This document shows, piece after piece, positions 16,398-16,637 of a stretch of DNA of 16,637 nucleotides. Made by a program: the position numbers and the translations under genes. The notes under the pieces were generated by a model, which saw only the letters and a program-made list of their open reading frames with translations, was not told where the DNA came from and searched no databases. The DNA is taken from assembly GCA_038231135.1 (NCBI GenBank), contig JBBRLX010000046.1, forward strand, positions 1 to 16,637, in the 5' to 3' direction. This stretch comes from Candidatus Eiseniibacteriota bacterium (GTDB lineage: Bacteria; Eisenbacteria; RBG-16-71-46). Position 1 is the stretch's first letter. Every line of letters starts with the position of its first letter.

Positions 16398-16637
16398 ATG
16401 AAGCAAAAGACAAACCCCAAGATCACGTTCCTCTCGCTTGGGATCCTGCTCATAGCCTGTGGGTCGAGAGCCGACGACCCCGCCACGAGCTCGGCGGCTT
16501 CAGCGCTCGCGAGAAGTGACCCACCCCCGCTCGGGAGAAGTGGTCCACGTGGGGATCGTGCTTTTCCGGGCTCGTCTCACCTCATGAATCTTCTCCTTCA
16601 CGCTGCTTCGCTGGCGCTACTTCCTCTTCTTCCCTCG
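16398..16637 (+). CDS. Probable lipoprotein, 3'-partial
   Basis: Strong SD GAGGAGG (16386-16392), then ATG 16398: MKQKTNPKITFLSLGILLIAC with lipobox LIA-C; no stop before the window end, so absent from the ORF track. Confidence 0.65.
   Translation, partial: MKQKTNPKITFLSLGILLIACGSRADDPATSSAASALARSDPPPLGRSGPRGDRAFPGSSHLMNLLLHAASLALLPLLPS

Noticed and set aside
13949..16413. Minus-strand and alternate-frame ORFs over the kinase and TPR genes
   Set aside because: Shadows of well-supported plus-strand genes.

Overview
GC-rich, myxobacterium-like DNA; the taxon is inferred from gene content, not shown directly. About 75% of the window is one giant minus-strand gene (ATG 12588, running off the left edge, >=~4,195 aa). 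The ORF track misses most of it: it has no stop in the window and is split by one extra base near 10854. N- to C-terminus: lipoprotein signal (VLG-C), beta-helix-like domain, four disintegrin-like Cys repeats, ~45 Dictyostelium-CTDC-like Cys-rich repeats (mostly 54 aa), then a teneurin-like FN-plug region and NHL repeats. This reads as a lipid-anchored bacterial teneurin-like protein on a very long disulfide stalk; the expected YD/RHS shell would lie outside the window. Upstream on the minus strand are a possible small coupled ORF, a stand-alone DUF1016/YhcG-N-like ORF and an XRE regulator. Divergent on the plus strand are a membrane Ser/Thr kinase, a coupled TPR/PEGA-like exported protein and the start of a lipoprotein. 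The long plus-strand ORFs over 1-12800 are antisense shadows. All family assignments come from motif recognition by eye; no searches were run.
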